Source of the DNA: a virus
DNA: 64,000 bases
Strand: one strand, 5' to 3'
IMG/VR virus record: IMGVR_UViG_3300027779_003171
Location: 7,294-71,293 of that record
The notes beneath the pieces were generated by a model. It worked only from the letters and a program-made list of their open reading frames with translations, was not told where the DNA came from and searched no databases. This document shows, piece by piece, positions 1 through 9,952 of the stretch (the first letter of the stretch is position 1; each line of letters opens with the position of its first letter). Both the position numbers and the translations under genes were made by a program.

Positions 1-1
1 A

Positions 2-3000
2 GTTGATAATCAATTAGAAAAAGATGCAGAACTCCAAGTATACAAGATTGAAGGGGAAATCCATTACGACGAATGGTGGTGGTACAATACCCCCAGTTGC
101 GAAGATGTAGAAGTACCTATAGAAAATCCACAGGGGAAAGTCACGGGGTATATGAACATTGGCCCAATTTCATTTCCATGTGTTGACGAGTCAAAAAACG
201 TGACCCCTATTACGGGCACAGCCTTTAAAAGAACTTTTGTGGAAGCTCCTCCAGTCTCTGGGACTTACGACAAGGTAAACTCGGAATACATACAAGGAAA
301 AACCAAATATTTTTACCCAACGCAGGATTACGGGGGTGACTTAACTTACGGGTTAGAGGATTACTACGAGCCAGCTGATTGTAGATGGATAACAACCATG
401 GGCCGAGTTGGGTCTGCTGCAAATCACGTCATAACAGACTCTTCTAATTATGAACCGTATTATTTCATAAATAATCTGGAAAACGGTGAAGGGTCTCCCT
501 TCCCAGGTTGGCATTGTAAGCTCAGTTTGGACGAAGGTTGGTGTCGGTCAAATGATCTTCATCTTATCGAAGGGGACTGTACTAGTCATGGACATGAGTG
601 GGTCAAACCTGCGGCTTCCTGTATTCACCCAGCCCCTCCTCCACCGTCAGCCTTCCCGAATGAGGGTCCAGTAAGGGACATGAGCTTAAGACACAGTTTA
701 CGGATGGAAGACCATGACGCTTCTGTAAATTATTGGGACGATTTGAGATCATGGGAATGGACCGGATTCGTAATGGCTCCATTACAATTTACAGACCTGA
801 GGTATAACACCCTTTATAAAGATCACTACTCCAACCCCGTGCTAAACGGCCCAAACTTAGGTAGAAGGGCGTTCTCTTTCAAAAATGCTTCCACCGCCCA
901 AGTCGTTGATGGAACATGCGGGCCTCCTCAACAATTTTCAAACCCTAACGATTCAAACCAATCGTACAACTTCAATGGCGGGCCGATGGTCTACGCCCAA
1001 GTGTGGACGCAGAACAGAACCAAGCGACAACAAACAAAGATTGGCTTATTCGTTGGAAATCCTTACAGGTATTGGGAAGACCCTTATGGAACTTTTGATC
1101 TCCACAGGACTGGCGGTTGGAATTTCCCGATAATAAAAGAAGCATATGGGCAAGGCTGGGCCGAGACGGTTGGTGGTTTCGTTAATATAGATTTTCATGG
1201 CACTAAAATTTCACCCAACTATAACGAGGGGGGAGACAGGCAATACAAATACCAAGGAGAAGAAGAGTCCTTTTTCGTTGGAACGGGGATAGACCCTCAA
1301 ACAAACGAAAGATACTCTGGCTTATGGAAAGGGGGGGGCGAATACGGGCCTTCATCTACGCCTTGGTTGCCCTATGACCCTGATCCCCCCGACCCATTTC
1401 ATTACAATCAAGAACTGATTACTCCTCATAAGTTCTTTGGTATGGGGGATGGGTGTGTAGGCATACCAACGGAAACAGAGTGGTCGTTGAATGCGGGACA
1501 AAGATATTCTTACCATAGCATAAACCTAACGGGGATAACTCACCCGTATCTAAAAACAATTACAGGTGTCATAGCTGAAGAGGTTAATAAGTATACAAAT
1601 GGCGTAGAAGAATTCTTTAAACCAGGCATACTGGGGCAGCATGGAGACAATTACTGGGATGATTTTGTCACTGGATGGATAAATACGGGAGACTACGCGG
1701 GGGAATCCGTCCACTGCTTGCACCTAAGAACTGGATACTCAACAACCCCAGGCTCACCCAAAACGAAGGTATACCATTGGTTGGGTACAGGTCAGTTCGA
1801 TGTCCATTATAATTTTCCGTATAAAGGCGTAGATTGCCTAATAAACCACGGACCAATATCTCCATACCCAAACATGAGTAAATGTTGCGATCTCTTTGCC
1901 CCGCCTTTTAACGGGTGGACGGGCAATGCGATTTGTTACCCGACTACGACAACGACGATTGACCCATCAGCGACTACCACAACTTGCGATCCTTACGAGA
2001 TGTGCACGACCACGACACTGGACCCGATGGCTCAGTACGAATGCGATGACGGAATAAAGGTAACTTGCCCAGACGGCCTAGCACCAACTGAGTTCTACAA
2101 TTCGGAAATCGGGCTCTGTGATTGGGATATGTGCACAATGGCCGGTTGCTATACCAAAGCCGATTGGTGGGATGACGTTATCATGTGGGACTCTGGCATC
2201 TTCCCTCACGAAAGAGATTGGGCGGAGCGAAAGCACAGACAAAGGAATGAAAATCCACCCAGGTATTGGTACGGACCCTACGCAAGCACCCATTTCACGT
2301 TTTTATATCCCAACGCTCAAGCTGTGTTGGACATCCACTACCCTTCGGGGTTACGGGATGAATTCCCCGTGACGGGTTTCCCAGAAAAAATAACATTTGA
2401 CGTAGAAATAGAAGAATATCTAGTAAAAGACGTGGTTTCTGGTGGGTATATAGATGAAGATGGGGCAATCGTTTGGGATGAAATTTTAAAAAGCGAAGAA
2501 GGCGGACCTGCGCCATCTTTTACAACTGGAAACTCGGGACAGCACGGTATCCCGTGGAATTTGGTTGATGAAAATTACGTACCGCTAATTGAAAGATCAT
2601 CAGACTGGCCGCCTCTACCAGGGGAAACCACCCCACCGTACACGAAGGTTCCTGGGATAGGCGAATGGCACGATCAGGTAGTAAACTACGCCCTTGCGAA
2701 TGGGAGAAATTTTTCAACCTACGATCACCCGACTCGATTTGATAGGGGTAACCAATACGCTACTGGAGTAACTTACGGGTACGGAACGACGACCTCTAAT
2801 GCTTCCTATGGTCAATTGCATTTTCCAGTTGGGGGATTTAATCTTTACTCGAAATATTCGTTCTCACAGGAAACCACTTACGCTAGACCCACATTTACTC
2901 TTAACACCCTTGAGAATAATACGACTAGCTTGTTGAAGTCTTTGAGTCTCGGCAATGAAGTATTCTATGACTGTGGGGGCAACGGGCTTAAGATATTCGA

Positions 3001-4954
3001 TCCAAACCTGCCTCTGGACGAGTGGGGCGGTGGCGATCAGATGAGGCATGCTTATGATTACTATGACCCTATCTACTTCATGCCCATGCAAAGTAATCTG
3101 AGGGAAACGGGCGTATATAATCAGGGCGGTCTTGCTCGGGAAAATGAGCCCTTCACGGGAACACTGGTTCACCCAAAGCAAATATACGGTGACCGTTGGA
3201 TGGGTTTAAGACCACAGTCAGTGTTTAGTAAATTTACTTACGAACTTGAGTCAGGCTATAATGACGCGAGCGTCAACTCTTACGTTGCGGGAAGCCCAGG
3301 TGACCTAATCACAGCTGAGACTGGCCGACACGGGACTCACGAAATCCTTTACAACAGCGAATATGATCCGACTTGTGCAGAGATAATTGGCGGATGGGAT
3401 GAAACTGCGGGTATGGGGGGAGGCATGTGGTGCGGAAATATCTCCGAGTGCTATGATACGTGTACCGGGGTTTCAGGTCCACCACGTCCCCACGAAGTAA
3501 GGCTTACGGAACATCCCTGTCTGAATTTCGAATTAGGCGATGAGGATGGCTCTTTCATCACGAGCAAGGATAATAGGGTTTGGCTGTTTAATTTAGACGC
3601 ATCAGGAGTAGACATGCACGTCAGAGCACCCGATTGCCTTTCGGGGTATCTCTTTAACGTTGGGGATAATCCTGGGGGCGGTGCATTGATGGGCGGCACG
3701 ATGTCTACTCCAGGAGACCTCCTTGATGACCTGGGATTTGGTGGCGGCTCCCTCAACTCCCATGCGGCTACCGCAGCCCTAGGGTTCCGCATAACAGGAA
3801 CAAGCATGTTATGGAGCCTTGAGGAGGGAGCAGCCGTTCCAACGGAAGGAAATAAACAGATAGACTTCTTCAAGCCTGGGTGGGTGCAGGACCATAAAGT
3901 GGTTAGTTATAATGGGGCTATTTACGAAAAAGAGGGGATACTTTACGAAAAACCATCCGACGAAGGGTGGAAAATGGGAGAAGATGCCCAAGGAAATGTC
4001 ACGGGATACGAAACTCTACTCCGGTACGGGACTAGAATGGCAGTTAGTGCTGGTTCATCTGGACCTCAAAACAAATTAAGGGTATCTGGCTGGAAAGAAA
4101 CATCTAGGGTCGCGATCAAGCTTTCGAATTTTGAAATCGCAAATTACGGGGCGTTCCCTCACGATTCTTATTTTTCGATGGAGGAAAGTGGTAACGCCAT
4201 GGTAACGGGCCGGTTGGATCATGTATGCGCGGCTGAAGCGTCCATTTATTCAGAAGGTATAGTGCTGGAAGACAAAAGTGATGACCCGTTGAGGGATGTA
4301 TTGGACTACCCTCATTACGCCTCGCCGACAATCAAGAGGCCGGGGGTTGAGCTTCCTTCGGGGAACTATATATATGGCGAGTATACCCCTGACGAAGAAG
4401 TAGTACCAATGAAACATATTTCCTTGGCTCCATCTAGAATGATGGTAAGAAAGCTTGAATGGTTCATTATGGGCACAGGCCAAGAGAATTACTTTGAGTT
4501 ATTTAAGGGAGAACCTCACTTCTACAACAGGTACATCTGGCCCACTCGAAGCGACATGTCTCAGTGGAACGGGGGAACGTTATCGTGGGAAAGTTCACCC
4601 CCGGTAGATGCCGTAACGTACCCGCTTACTGAACTGATGATCTCCGCTCAAGCAGGTCAACCGACCCCCGACAAGGCTCAAAGCGAATTTATCCAAAGAA
4701 ACTATGCATTAACGCAACATATCGCTTTCTATGACGGTGTTGTGCTAGACCCGACGATAAATAAGGAGTGGCGGGTAGATTTGGACATTAAGTTCTCCGT
4801 CCAGCCGAAGACTTCCTACTTTGTTGCCCAGGGTACATCCGTATTGGATGTTATGAACGAGATTGTCCCTGCCGCCAAACAAACGCTATGGGAAGATGGT
4901 TCTGACTCTAGCGAAGGGGGCGAAGAAGGGGTGGTCGGGATAATTAGTGATTAA
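2..4954 (+). CDS. Giant virion/tail-associated protein, 5'-partial (>1650 aa)
   Basis: Frame is open from position 2 through the ORF 152..4954. Rich in G/T/Y/W/P/D with Cys patches and a Thr-rich linker (PTTTTTIDPSATTTTCDP). The structural role is inferred from size and composition only. Confidence 0.55.
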   Translation, partial: VDNQLEKDAELQVYKIEGEIHYDEWWWYNTPSCEDVEVPIENPQGKVTGYMNIGPISFPCVDESKNVTPITGTAFKRTFVEAPPVSGTYDKVNSEYIQGKTKYFYPTQDYGGDLTYGLEDYYEPADCRWITTMGRVGSAANHVITDSSNYEPYYFINNLENGEGSPFPGWHCKLSLDEGWCRSNDLHLIEGDCTSHGHEWVKPAASCIHPAPPPPSAFPNEGPVRDMSLRHSLRMEDHDASVNYWDDLRSWEWTGFVMAPLQFTDLRYNTLYKDHYSNPVLNGPNLGRRAFSFKNASTAQVVDGTCGPPQQFSNPNDSNQSYNFNGGPMVYAQVWTQNRTKRQQTKIGLFVGNPYRYWEDPYGTFDLHRTGGWNFPIIKEAYGQGWAETVGGFVNIDFHGTKISPNYNEGGDRQYKYQGEEESFFVGTGIDPQTNERYSGLWKGGGEYGPSSTPWLPYDPDPPDPFHYNQELITPHKFFGMGDGCVGIPTETEWSLNAGQRYSYHSINLTGITHPYLKTITGVIAEEVNKYTNGVEEFFKPGILGQHGDNYWDDFVTGWINTGDYAGESVHCLHLRTGYSTTPGSPKTKVYHWLGTGQFDVHYNFPYKGVDCLINHGPISPYPNMSKCCDLFAPPFNGWTGNAICYPTTTTTIDPSATTTTCDPYEMCTTTTLDPMAQYECDDGIKVTCPDGLAPTEFYNSEIGLCDWDMCTMAGCYTKADWWDDVIMWDSGIFPHERDWAERKHRQRNENPPRYWYGPYASTHFTFLYPNAQAVLDIHYPSGLRDEFPVTGFPEKITFDVEIEEYLVKDVVSGGYIDEDGAIVWDEILKSEEGGPAPSFTTGNSGQHGIPWNLVDENYVPLIERSSDWPPLPGETTPPYTKVPGIGEWHDQVVNYALANGRNFSTYDHPTRFDRGNQYATGVTYGYGTTTSNASYGQLHFPVGGFNLYSKYSFSQETTYARPTFTLNTLENNTTSLLKSLSLGNEVFYDCGGNGLKIFDPNLPLDEWGGGDQMRHAYDYYDPIYFMPMQSNLRETGVYNQGGLARENEPFTGTLVHPKQIYGDRWMGLRPQSVFSKFTYELESGYNDASVNSYVAGSPGDLITAETGRHGTHEILYNSEYDPTCAEIIGGWDETAGMGGGMWCGNISECYDTCTGVSGPPRPHEVRLTEHPCLNFELGDEDGSFITSKDNRVWLFNLDASGVDMHVRAPDCLSGYLFNVGDNPGGGALMGGTMSTPGDLLDDLGFGGGSLNSHAATAALGFRITGTSMLWSLEEGAAVPTEGNKQIDFFKPGWVQDHKVVSYNGAIYEKEGILYEKPSDEGWKMGEDAQGNVTGYETLLRYGTRMAVSAGSSGPQNKLRVSGWKETSRVAIKLSNFEIANYGAFPHDSYFSMEESGNAMVTGRLDHVCAAEASIYSEGIVLEDKSDDPLRDVLDYPHYASPTIKRPGVELPSGNYIYGEYTPDEEVVPMKHISLAPSRMMVRKLEWFIMGTGQENYFELFKGEPHFYNRYIWPTRSDMSQWNGGTLSWESSPPVDAVTYPLTELMISAQAGQPTPDKAQSEFIQRNYALTQHIAFYDGVVLDPTINKEWRVDLDIKFSVQPKTSYFVAQGTSVLDVMNEIVPAAKQTLWEDGSDSSEGGEEGVVGIISD

Positions 4955-7545
4955 CTTGATTTTTTCTTTGCTGATTTCATGTCAGAATACTTTGTGTAGA
5001 TTTTGTTTGTCTGCACAATAATTCTGTCAGCAAATATGGTATTATCATCCTGCTTCTGTCCCACCACTACTACAATATTTTTATCTTCTGGAAGAACTCC
5101 GTTATTCTCATCTTCGCACATCTCAACCTTATCATTGAAAAGCATGACCTTGACTCTCCCTGTTTCGTCGTCTACCTCCGTGATAAGGTAGCGGTTCCCA
5201 TTCTTTGATGTCCTTAGTGCTGGCTTGCTGACCACAGTGCCTATGAAGGTAACCTTGCGACCCTTTCTTTGCTCGTTTACCTCACCCAGCCCCATTAAAT
5301 CGGGGCTTTTTTCTATGAAAATATCTTTTAGGGCTTTGCCGTATGTATATCCCAGTAAGTGTTTTTCATAATACCAATTCGCGAAGCTTTCTGACTTGCT
5401 GTTTTGGTCGTAAATAGCTTTATATGGAAGAGACTTTTTCTTAATGGTCTCGTGACGAGATTCTTTAACGCACGGCTTCACCACCCCTTTTTGTGTGACC
5501 TCGGTTTTAGATAGTAGGGTTTTAAATATTTGAACCAAGTCGTCCCTGTGTTGTCCAGCCAGCCCCAAACATAATCTCTTCTCCCTCTCTGTTAAGACGT
5601 TCCAAAGTTGCGCCTCGTACGCTACCTTTGATCGAGATTGCTTAAACCCCTGCAAAGCTCCCGAGTGAATCAGAGCGCATAAGATGCTTACCGTAAGTCC
5701 AGCCTCCTTGGCTGCTTCAAATACTTCTAGTTTCGTCGAGCTATCTTTTTTGAAGTCATTTAATTTCTGAATAGACTTATCGGAAATCCCTTTTATAGAT
5801 ATAAGGCCAAACCTAATGTCTTCCCCTTCCATGGAGAAATCCATTTTAGATTTGATGATGTTCGGCGGCAGCAAGGTTATGTTAAAGCTCGCCATCTCCT
5901 TTTGGATTTTTGAAATTTCGCTTATAGAGTCTCCCTCGTGGCGGGTCATCTTAAGTAAACTAAGAAAAAATTGCTGTGGATACTTGAACTTTAGATAGAT
6001 CGTCGAGGCTGACAAGGCAGCATAAGAAATTGAGTGCGACTTATTGAAGGAGTAATTCGCCGAGTCTTCGAGAATCTTCCAGAGAATGTCTCCGATGTCG
6101 GGGTCGAGATTTTGTTCTTTAACCCTGTCCTTGATTTTCTTTTTCCATTTTTTTACTTCCGCTCTTTTCTTTTTACCGACAATACGACGCAACAGTTCAG
6201 CCTCGTCGAGAGTGAAGCCGATCTTGTTCGCCATCTGCATCATCTGCTCCTGATACAAGCAGACACCACCTGTTGATGCCAAAATGTCATCAAAGAATGG
6301 GTGTATGGATTCTTTCACCCCATTGTTTGAGTAGTTAGCATACTGGTCAACAAAAGCTAACGCACCTGGGCGAGCCAAAGCCAGCACAGCACTTAGCTCT
6401 TCTAGATTTTTAGGCATTACCTTTCGGCAAACCTTGTAATTAGTGTCAGCTTCAATCTGAAATAAACCGTGAGGGGTTTTTAGGTCTTGAAGGTTCCGAT
6501 AGATTTCCTTTTCATTGAAATCAACATCTTCAACTTCGATACCAAGGCTTTTGCATACGTCATCTATGACTGATACAGACCTTAGGCCCAGTAAGTCCAA
6601 CTTGACATTGGTCAAGGAGGTCCAATTCATGTCGTAAGAAGAGATAGATGCCTTCTCTGAGGAAAGTTCTGTTGGGCAGCTATCGTCCATATCTTCAAAT
6701 GACAAGGACAAGGCGGAAGCGTGGACCCCTTTGTTTTTAATTAAGCCCCTCAGTTTTAGGGCGATATCATAAGACCGTCTATTCTCATCGCACCATTCTT
6801 GTAGCTCGCTTACCTCGTCATAAGCTTCTGAAATGTCCATAACCTTACCAAAAACCTTTGGTATCATAGATGAGACAAGGTTCATCTCCTGCTCCGTTTT
6901 ACTCCCTACGATTTTACCACACTCTTTTACACAGAGTTTTCCGCTAAGAGTGTTGAATGTAATGATTTTGGATGTCCGACCTTGAAATTTGTCTTCCAGA
7001 TACTTAATTACGTTTTGTCGGTTGTAGTAACAAATATCCAAATCAACGTCGCACATTAGGGAGCCATCAAGATAAGTTATACCCTTCACCACCTTCTTTT
7101 TTGCTCGAATCTTCGAGATAAACCTCTCGAAATAAAGACCGTACTTAATCGGGTCAACCTTGGTCACCCCAATCAGGTAAAGTATAAGGCTCCCCGCTGC
7201 ACTGCCACGGCCAAGGCCCGTTGGTATATCGTTTCGTTCGCAGTAATTAATTACATCCCAAACTAAAAGTATATAATCAACAAAACCTAAATCTTTTAAA
7301 GTAGATAACTCATACTTAGCCCTATCAACATACTCATTAAAATTAGGGTCTTTTTTATTTATTTTTAAATTTTTAAATCCAGTGTTAGCTAATGAACGCA
7401 AGAAATCGTAATTGCTAATGTCTTCACTGACACCAATCTCTCTTTTGTACTTATCCTCTATCTCGAAAGTAGGTAAACGTACCCCGTGCAAGGGGAGGTC
7501 TATGCCTTTAAAGTGAGACTTAAAATCTATATCTCTATTTCCCAT
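4951..7545 (-). CDS. dnaE: DNA polymerase III alpha (DnaE-type) catalytic part, lacking PHP domain
   Basis: Motifs GRGSAAGSL, LYFERFIS, DVDLD, KLDLLGL, GLFQ, LYQEQ and YSFNKSHS, plus a C-terminal OB fold. Start chosen at ATG 7545. Confidence 0.95.
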   Translation of the reverse strand: MGNRDIDFKSHFKGIDLPLHGVRLPTFEIEDKYKREIGVSEDISNYDFLRSLANTGFKNLKINKKDPNFNEYVDRAKYELSTLKDLGFVDYILLVWDVINYCERNDIPTGLGRGSAAGSLILYLIGVTKVDPIKYGLYFERFISKIRAKKKVVKGITYLDGSLMCDVDLDICYYNRQNVIKYLEDKFQGRTSKIITFNTLSGKLCVKECGKIVGSKTEQEMNLVSSMIPKVFGKVMDISEAYDEVSELQEWCDENRRSYDIALKLRGLIKNKGVHASALSLSFEDMDDSCPTELSSEKASISSYDMNWTSLTNVKLDLLGLRSVSVIDDVCKSLGIEVEDVDFNEKEIYRNLQDLKTPHGLFQIEADTNYKVCRKVMPKNLEELSAVLALARPGALAFVDQYANYSNNGVKESIHPFFDDILASTGGVCLYQEQMMQMANKIGFTLDEAELLRRIVGKKKRAEVKKWKKKIKDRVKEQNLDPDIGDILWKILEDSANYSFNKSHSISYAALSASTIYLKFKYPQQFFLSLLKMTRHEGDSISEISKIQKEMASFNITLLPPNIIKSKMDFSMEGEDIRFGLISIKGISDKSIQKLNDFKKDSSTKLEVFEAAKEAGLTVSILCALIHSGALQGFKQSRSKVAYEAQLWNVLTEREKRLCLGLAGQHRDDLVQIFKTLLSKTEVTQKGVVKPCVKESRHETIKKKSLPYKAIYDQNSKSESFANWYYEKHLLGYTYGKALKDIFIEKSPDLMGLGEVNEQRKGRKVTFIGTVVSKPALRTSKNGNRYLITEVDDETGRVKVMLFNDKVEMCEDENNGVLPEDKNIVVVVGQKQDDNTIFADRIIVQTNKIYTKYSDMKSAKKKSS

Positions 7546-8168
7546 TTTAACTTGTTCCATACTTTTAGGTTTAGCTCTAAATCAACAATAGCATTATGCA
7601 GACTATCGTAGTCGTGGTCGAGCTTGTACCCCTTCGCTAAGGCCATCAGGTTCGTTCTAACGCCCTTTTTACGTGTATTGGCCATTCGGTACTGGTACTC
7701 CAGTAAAGTGCCCTCACCCTCATTGTAGGGCATCCCCATCTTTAACCCTCTGGCTAGGGCATTTGTATCTAAAATCTTAGGCATTATACTCTTATAATCG
7801 CAGTTATTAAGCCTGTAATAATCTCGGAGTAAGTAAAGGTCGAAGTGGAGCATGTTATGTGCAATGATCCAATCAGCTTTATCAAGCCAATCCTTGATGG
7901 TCGGGAAGGCTTGTTCAGGGGGGATACCCTTCTTCTCCATCGTTCTTTCGCTGTATTTGGTGATCCTAGCTGCCGCCTCACCGATTTTAAGGTCTGTATC
8001 CCACTTAATGTAAAAGTCTTTCTCGGCAGTTTTCTTGCCGTCCACAGCCTTAATCATGGCAATCTGCCAAGGGAGATTGAAGGAACTACTTAAGCACAAA
8101 TTAAAGGTCTCGCAATCTATGAGAACATAAGTCTTAGACTTATCGAATCGGAGGAGGTGTTCACGCAT
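7527..8168 (-). CDS. DEDDh 3'-5' exonuclease (DnaQ/epsilon-like proofreading subunit)
   Basis: ExoI IDCET, ExoII AHNMLHFD and ExoIII HNAIVD motifs. Lies between the PHP and polymerase genes. Confidence 0.9.
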   Translation of the reverse strand: MREHLLRFDKSKTYVLIDCETFNLCLSSSFNLPWQIAMIKAVDGKKTAEKDFYIKWDTDLKIGEAAARITKYSERTMEKKGIPPEQAFPTIKDWLDKADWIIAHNMLHFDLYLLRDYYRLNNCDYKSIMPKILDTNALARGLKMGMPYNEGEGTLLEYQYRMANTRKKGVRTNLMALAKGYKLDHDYDSLHNAIVDLELNLKVWNKLKWEIEI

Positions 8169-8937
8169 GGGAACCCCCTGTTTCCCCCATCCAGCTTTCG
8201 AAGCAGAATTCATCGCTGCACATGTGGTCTATATTCGGTTTCTCTAGGCTGGACCTATTGTTAATGCATCTAAAGGTAAGGTAAGCTAAAAAATCATCCC
8301 TGTTCTTGTAGAAAATGCTTTTAATTTTTTGTACGGAATGACCAGAGGACTCGATATAATTTAAAACCCTGTCTCTAATGAGGTCATCGAATGGGACATC
8401 GTTGTCTTCTAGCAGAAACACGGGGTCGCAAAAGTCGAACTCGGGTATGCATGTTGCACCCTCTAGGGAATTTCGATGCAAGAAAGAATCATAAAATGGC
8501 ACACACAACATCAGGTCATCATTATTCCAAAATGTTTTTAGGGTTTTGAAGTCCATGTTTGGCACGTAGTAGAACCCCTCTTTGGCAGCGAAGCTCCAAA
8601 TTTTTATCAATCTTTTATAACCCTCCGTATTCTTGGCAAAAATGATATACTTACAACGAGACTTAAGGGCTTCCTCGTCTTTTTCTCCAATATCACACAA
8701 GAAGCTCAACCTAAGTCCAAAGTTAAGTTTTACTTTGTTGTCTTTGCTGTTTTGGTAAGCCTCCAAAAAGCCGCCGAAAGAATCCTCCACAAGGAAAAGC
8801 TCGTCTATATTATTTTCTAGAAGGATATCGAAAATAGAGGCGGGCGCGTCTGAGGCTTGCCCACCAGGAGCACCCAAGGTCAGTATAGACCTACCCAAAG
8901 AGTAATGAGACTTGAATACTGGAATTGTTGCGGTCAC
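8161..8937 (-). CDS. PHP domain of DNA polymerase III alpha (stand-alone N-terminal part)
   Basis: KSHYSLGRSIL and FAKNTEGYKRLIKIWS match the DnaE N-terminus. GTG start lies 7 nt below a -10 box. Confidence 0.88.
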   Translation of the reverse strand: MTATIPVFKSHYSLGRSILTLGAPGGQASDAPASIFDILLENNIDELFLVEDSFGGFLEAYQNSKDNKVKLNFGLRLSFLCDIGEKDEEALKSRCKYIIFAKNTEGYKRLIKIWSFAAKEGFYYVPNMDFKTLKTFWNNDDLMLCVPFYDSFLHRNSLEGATCIPEFDFCDPVFLLEDNDVPFDDLIRDRVLNYIESSGHSVQKIKSIFYKNRDDFLAYLTFRCINNRSSLEKPNIDHMCSDEFCFESWMGETGGSHA

Positions 8938-8944
8938 GGAGAAT

Positions 8945-8972
8945 AGTATACCATATACTCGTTTTTTGTCAA
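8945..8972 (-). promoter_or_regulatory. Sigma70-type promoter for the polymerase genes
   Basis: TTGACA-N16-TATACT with extended TG on the minus strand. Confidence 0.7.
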
Positions 8973-9952
8973 GCAAATTTTGGACAGCCCTTATAGGTCA
9001 TCTTAACTAACTTCTCTCCCTTTTTCGGTTTCAAGTCTTCTTGATTCAGGCTGGTTTTCCTGACCTTATCCTTCGGGTCTTTTATCGCGTAGTAGACTCG
9101 ACCGAACTTGTACGGACAGGCCCACATTTCAGTCCCGTCTTTTTTGAGGTGACCCTCGTACTTAGCAAAGCCGCAGTTGAGACAACCACCCCACCCGCCA
9201 TCAGATGGTTTTGGTTTGTCGGCTGCAAAATTGGAAACCGCAGAATCTTCATTGTAGTTTATGAGCTTCTTGTAAAATTCTTCAAGGTAGGCTTCAAACC
9301 CCTTGAGGGCATCATCGCTAAATTCTAATTTTTGTAAGGTAGCTTTCGGGAAACGCAAGAAAACGAATTTGACTATGGGTTTGAGTTTTGGCCAAAGTTT
9401 TTTTGCCGCCAAGCTATACATCATGGCTTGGACATTTGAATCTAGATCATCGCCTTTGAATTTTTTCTTGCTGGTTTTATAGTCGTGGATTTCAACTATC
9501 TTTTCTTTTTTAAAGACAGCTATCTTGTCCATTAGGCCATAAACTCTATAGTCGTAATCCTCGCCCGTGATATCAAAATTAAATTCTGGCTCTAGGAGCT
9601 CGGAGCATCCATCAACGTAGAAATCCTCATTAAGACCAACGAGAATCATCTTGTTCATTAGGAGATATTGGTCTTCGTTCAGTCCGTACTTTTTAATTCC
9701 ATCGAGCATATGCTTCTCGGCTAGTGTAGATGCCTCAAAGGTTTTGTTCGCGACTATTAGATCGTAATGTTCTTTGTTCTCTGGAAGTTGGAGTATTTCA
9801 AAAAGCTCGTGACATATGCTACCCATCGCTAAGGCATCACTGGGTGGTTGGGGAATTTTGAGGTGATAGTTACACCAATAAGCCCAAGAGCAAGACTCCA
9901 TGGACTTGATCCGTGACGCGGATAAATAATCTCCTTTGGGTTTATTACGCAT
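8969..9952 (-). CDS. PD-(D/E)XK exonuclease, RecB/AddB/Cas4-like
   Basis: LSASRI..C, GSICHE, GLMDKI, HDYKTS and QAMMY motifs, plus C-terminal CLNC..CPYK cysteines. Confidence 0.85.
   Translation of the reverse strand: MRNKPKGDYLSASRIKSMESCSWAYWCNYHLKIPQPPSDALAMGSICHELFEILQLPENKEHYDLIVANKTFEASTLAEKHMLDGIKKYGLNEDQYLLMNKMILVGLNEDFYVDGCSELLEPEFNFDITGEDYDYRVYGLMDKIAVFKKEKIVEIHDYKTSKKKFKGDDLDSNVQAMMYSLAAKKLWPKLKPIVKFVFLRFPKATLQKLEFSDDALKGFEAYLEEFYKKLINYNEDSAVSNFAADKPKPSDGGWGGCLNCGFAKYEGHLKKDGTEMWACPYKFGRVYYAIKDPKDKVRKTSLNQEDLKPKKGEKLVKMTYKGCPKFA

Noticed and set aside
355-368. AGAGGATTAC copies at 355 and 51023 as array repeats
   Set aside because: Both lie inside coding sequence (E-D-Y codons), lack the AAC end, and are expected by chance.
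225-4483. Many short opposite-strand or alternative-frame ORFs (here and throughout), including those over tRNAs (31046, 32178) and over the ncRNA (24238-24420)
   Set aside because: These are shadow ORFs overlapping well-supported genes and have no recognisable motifs.
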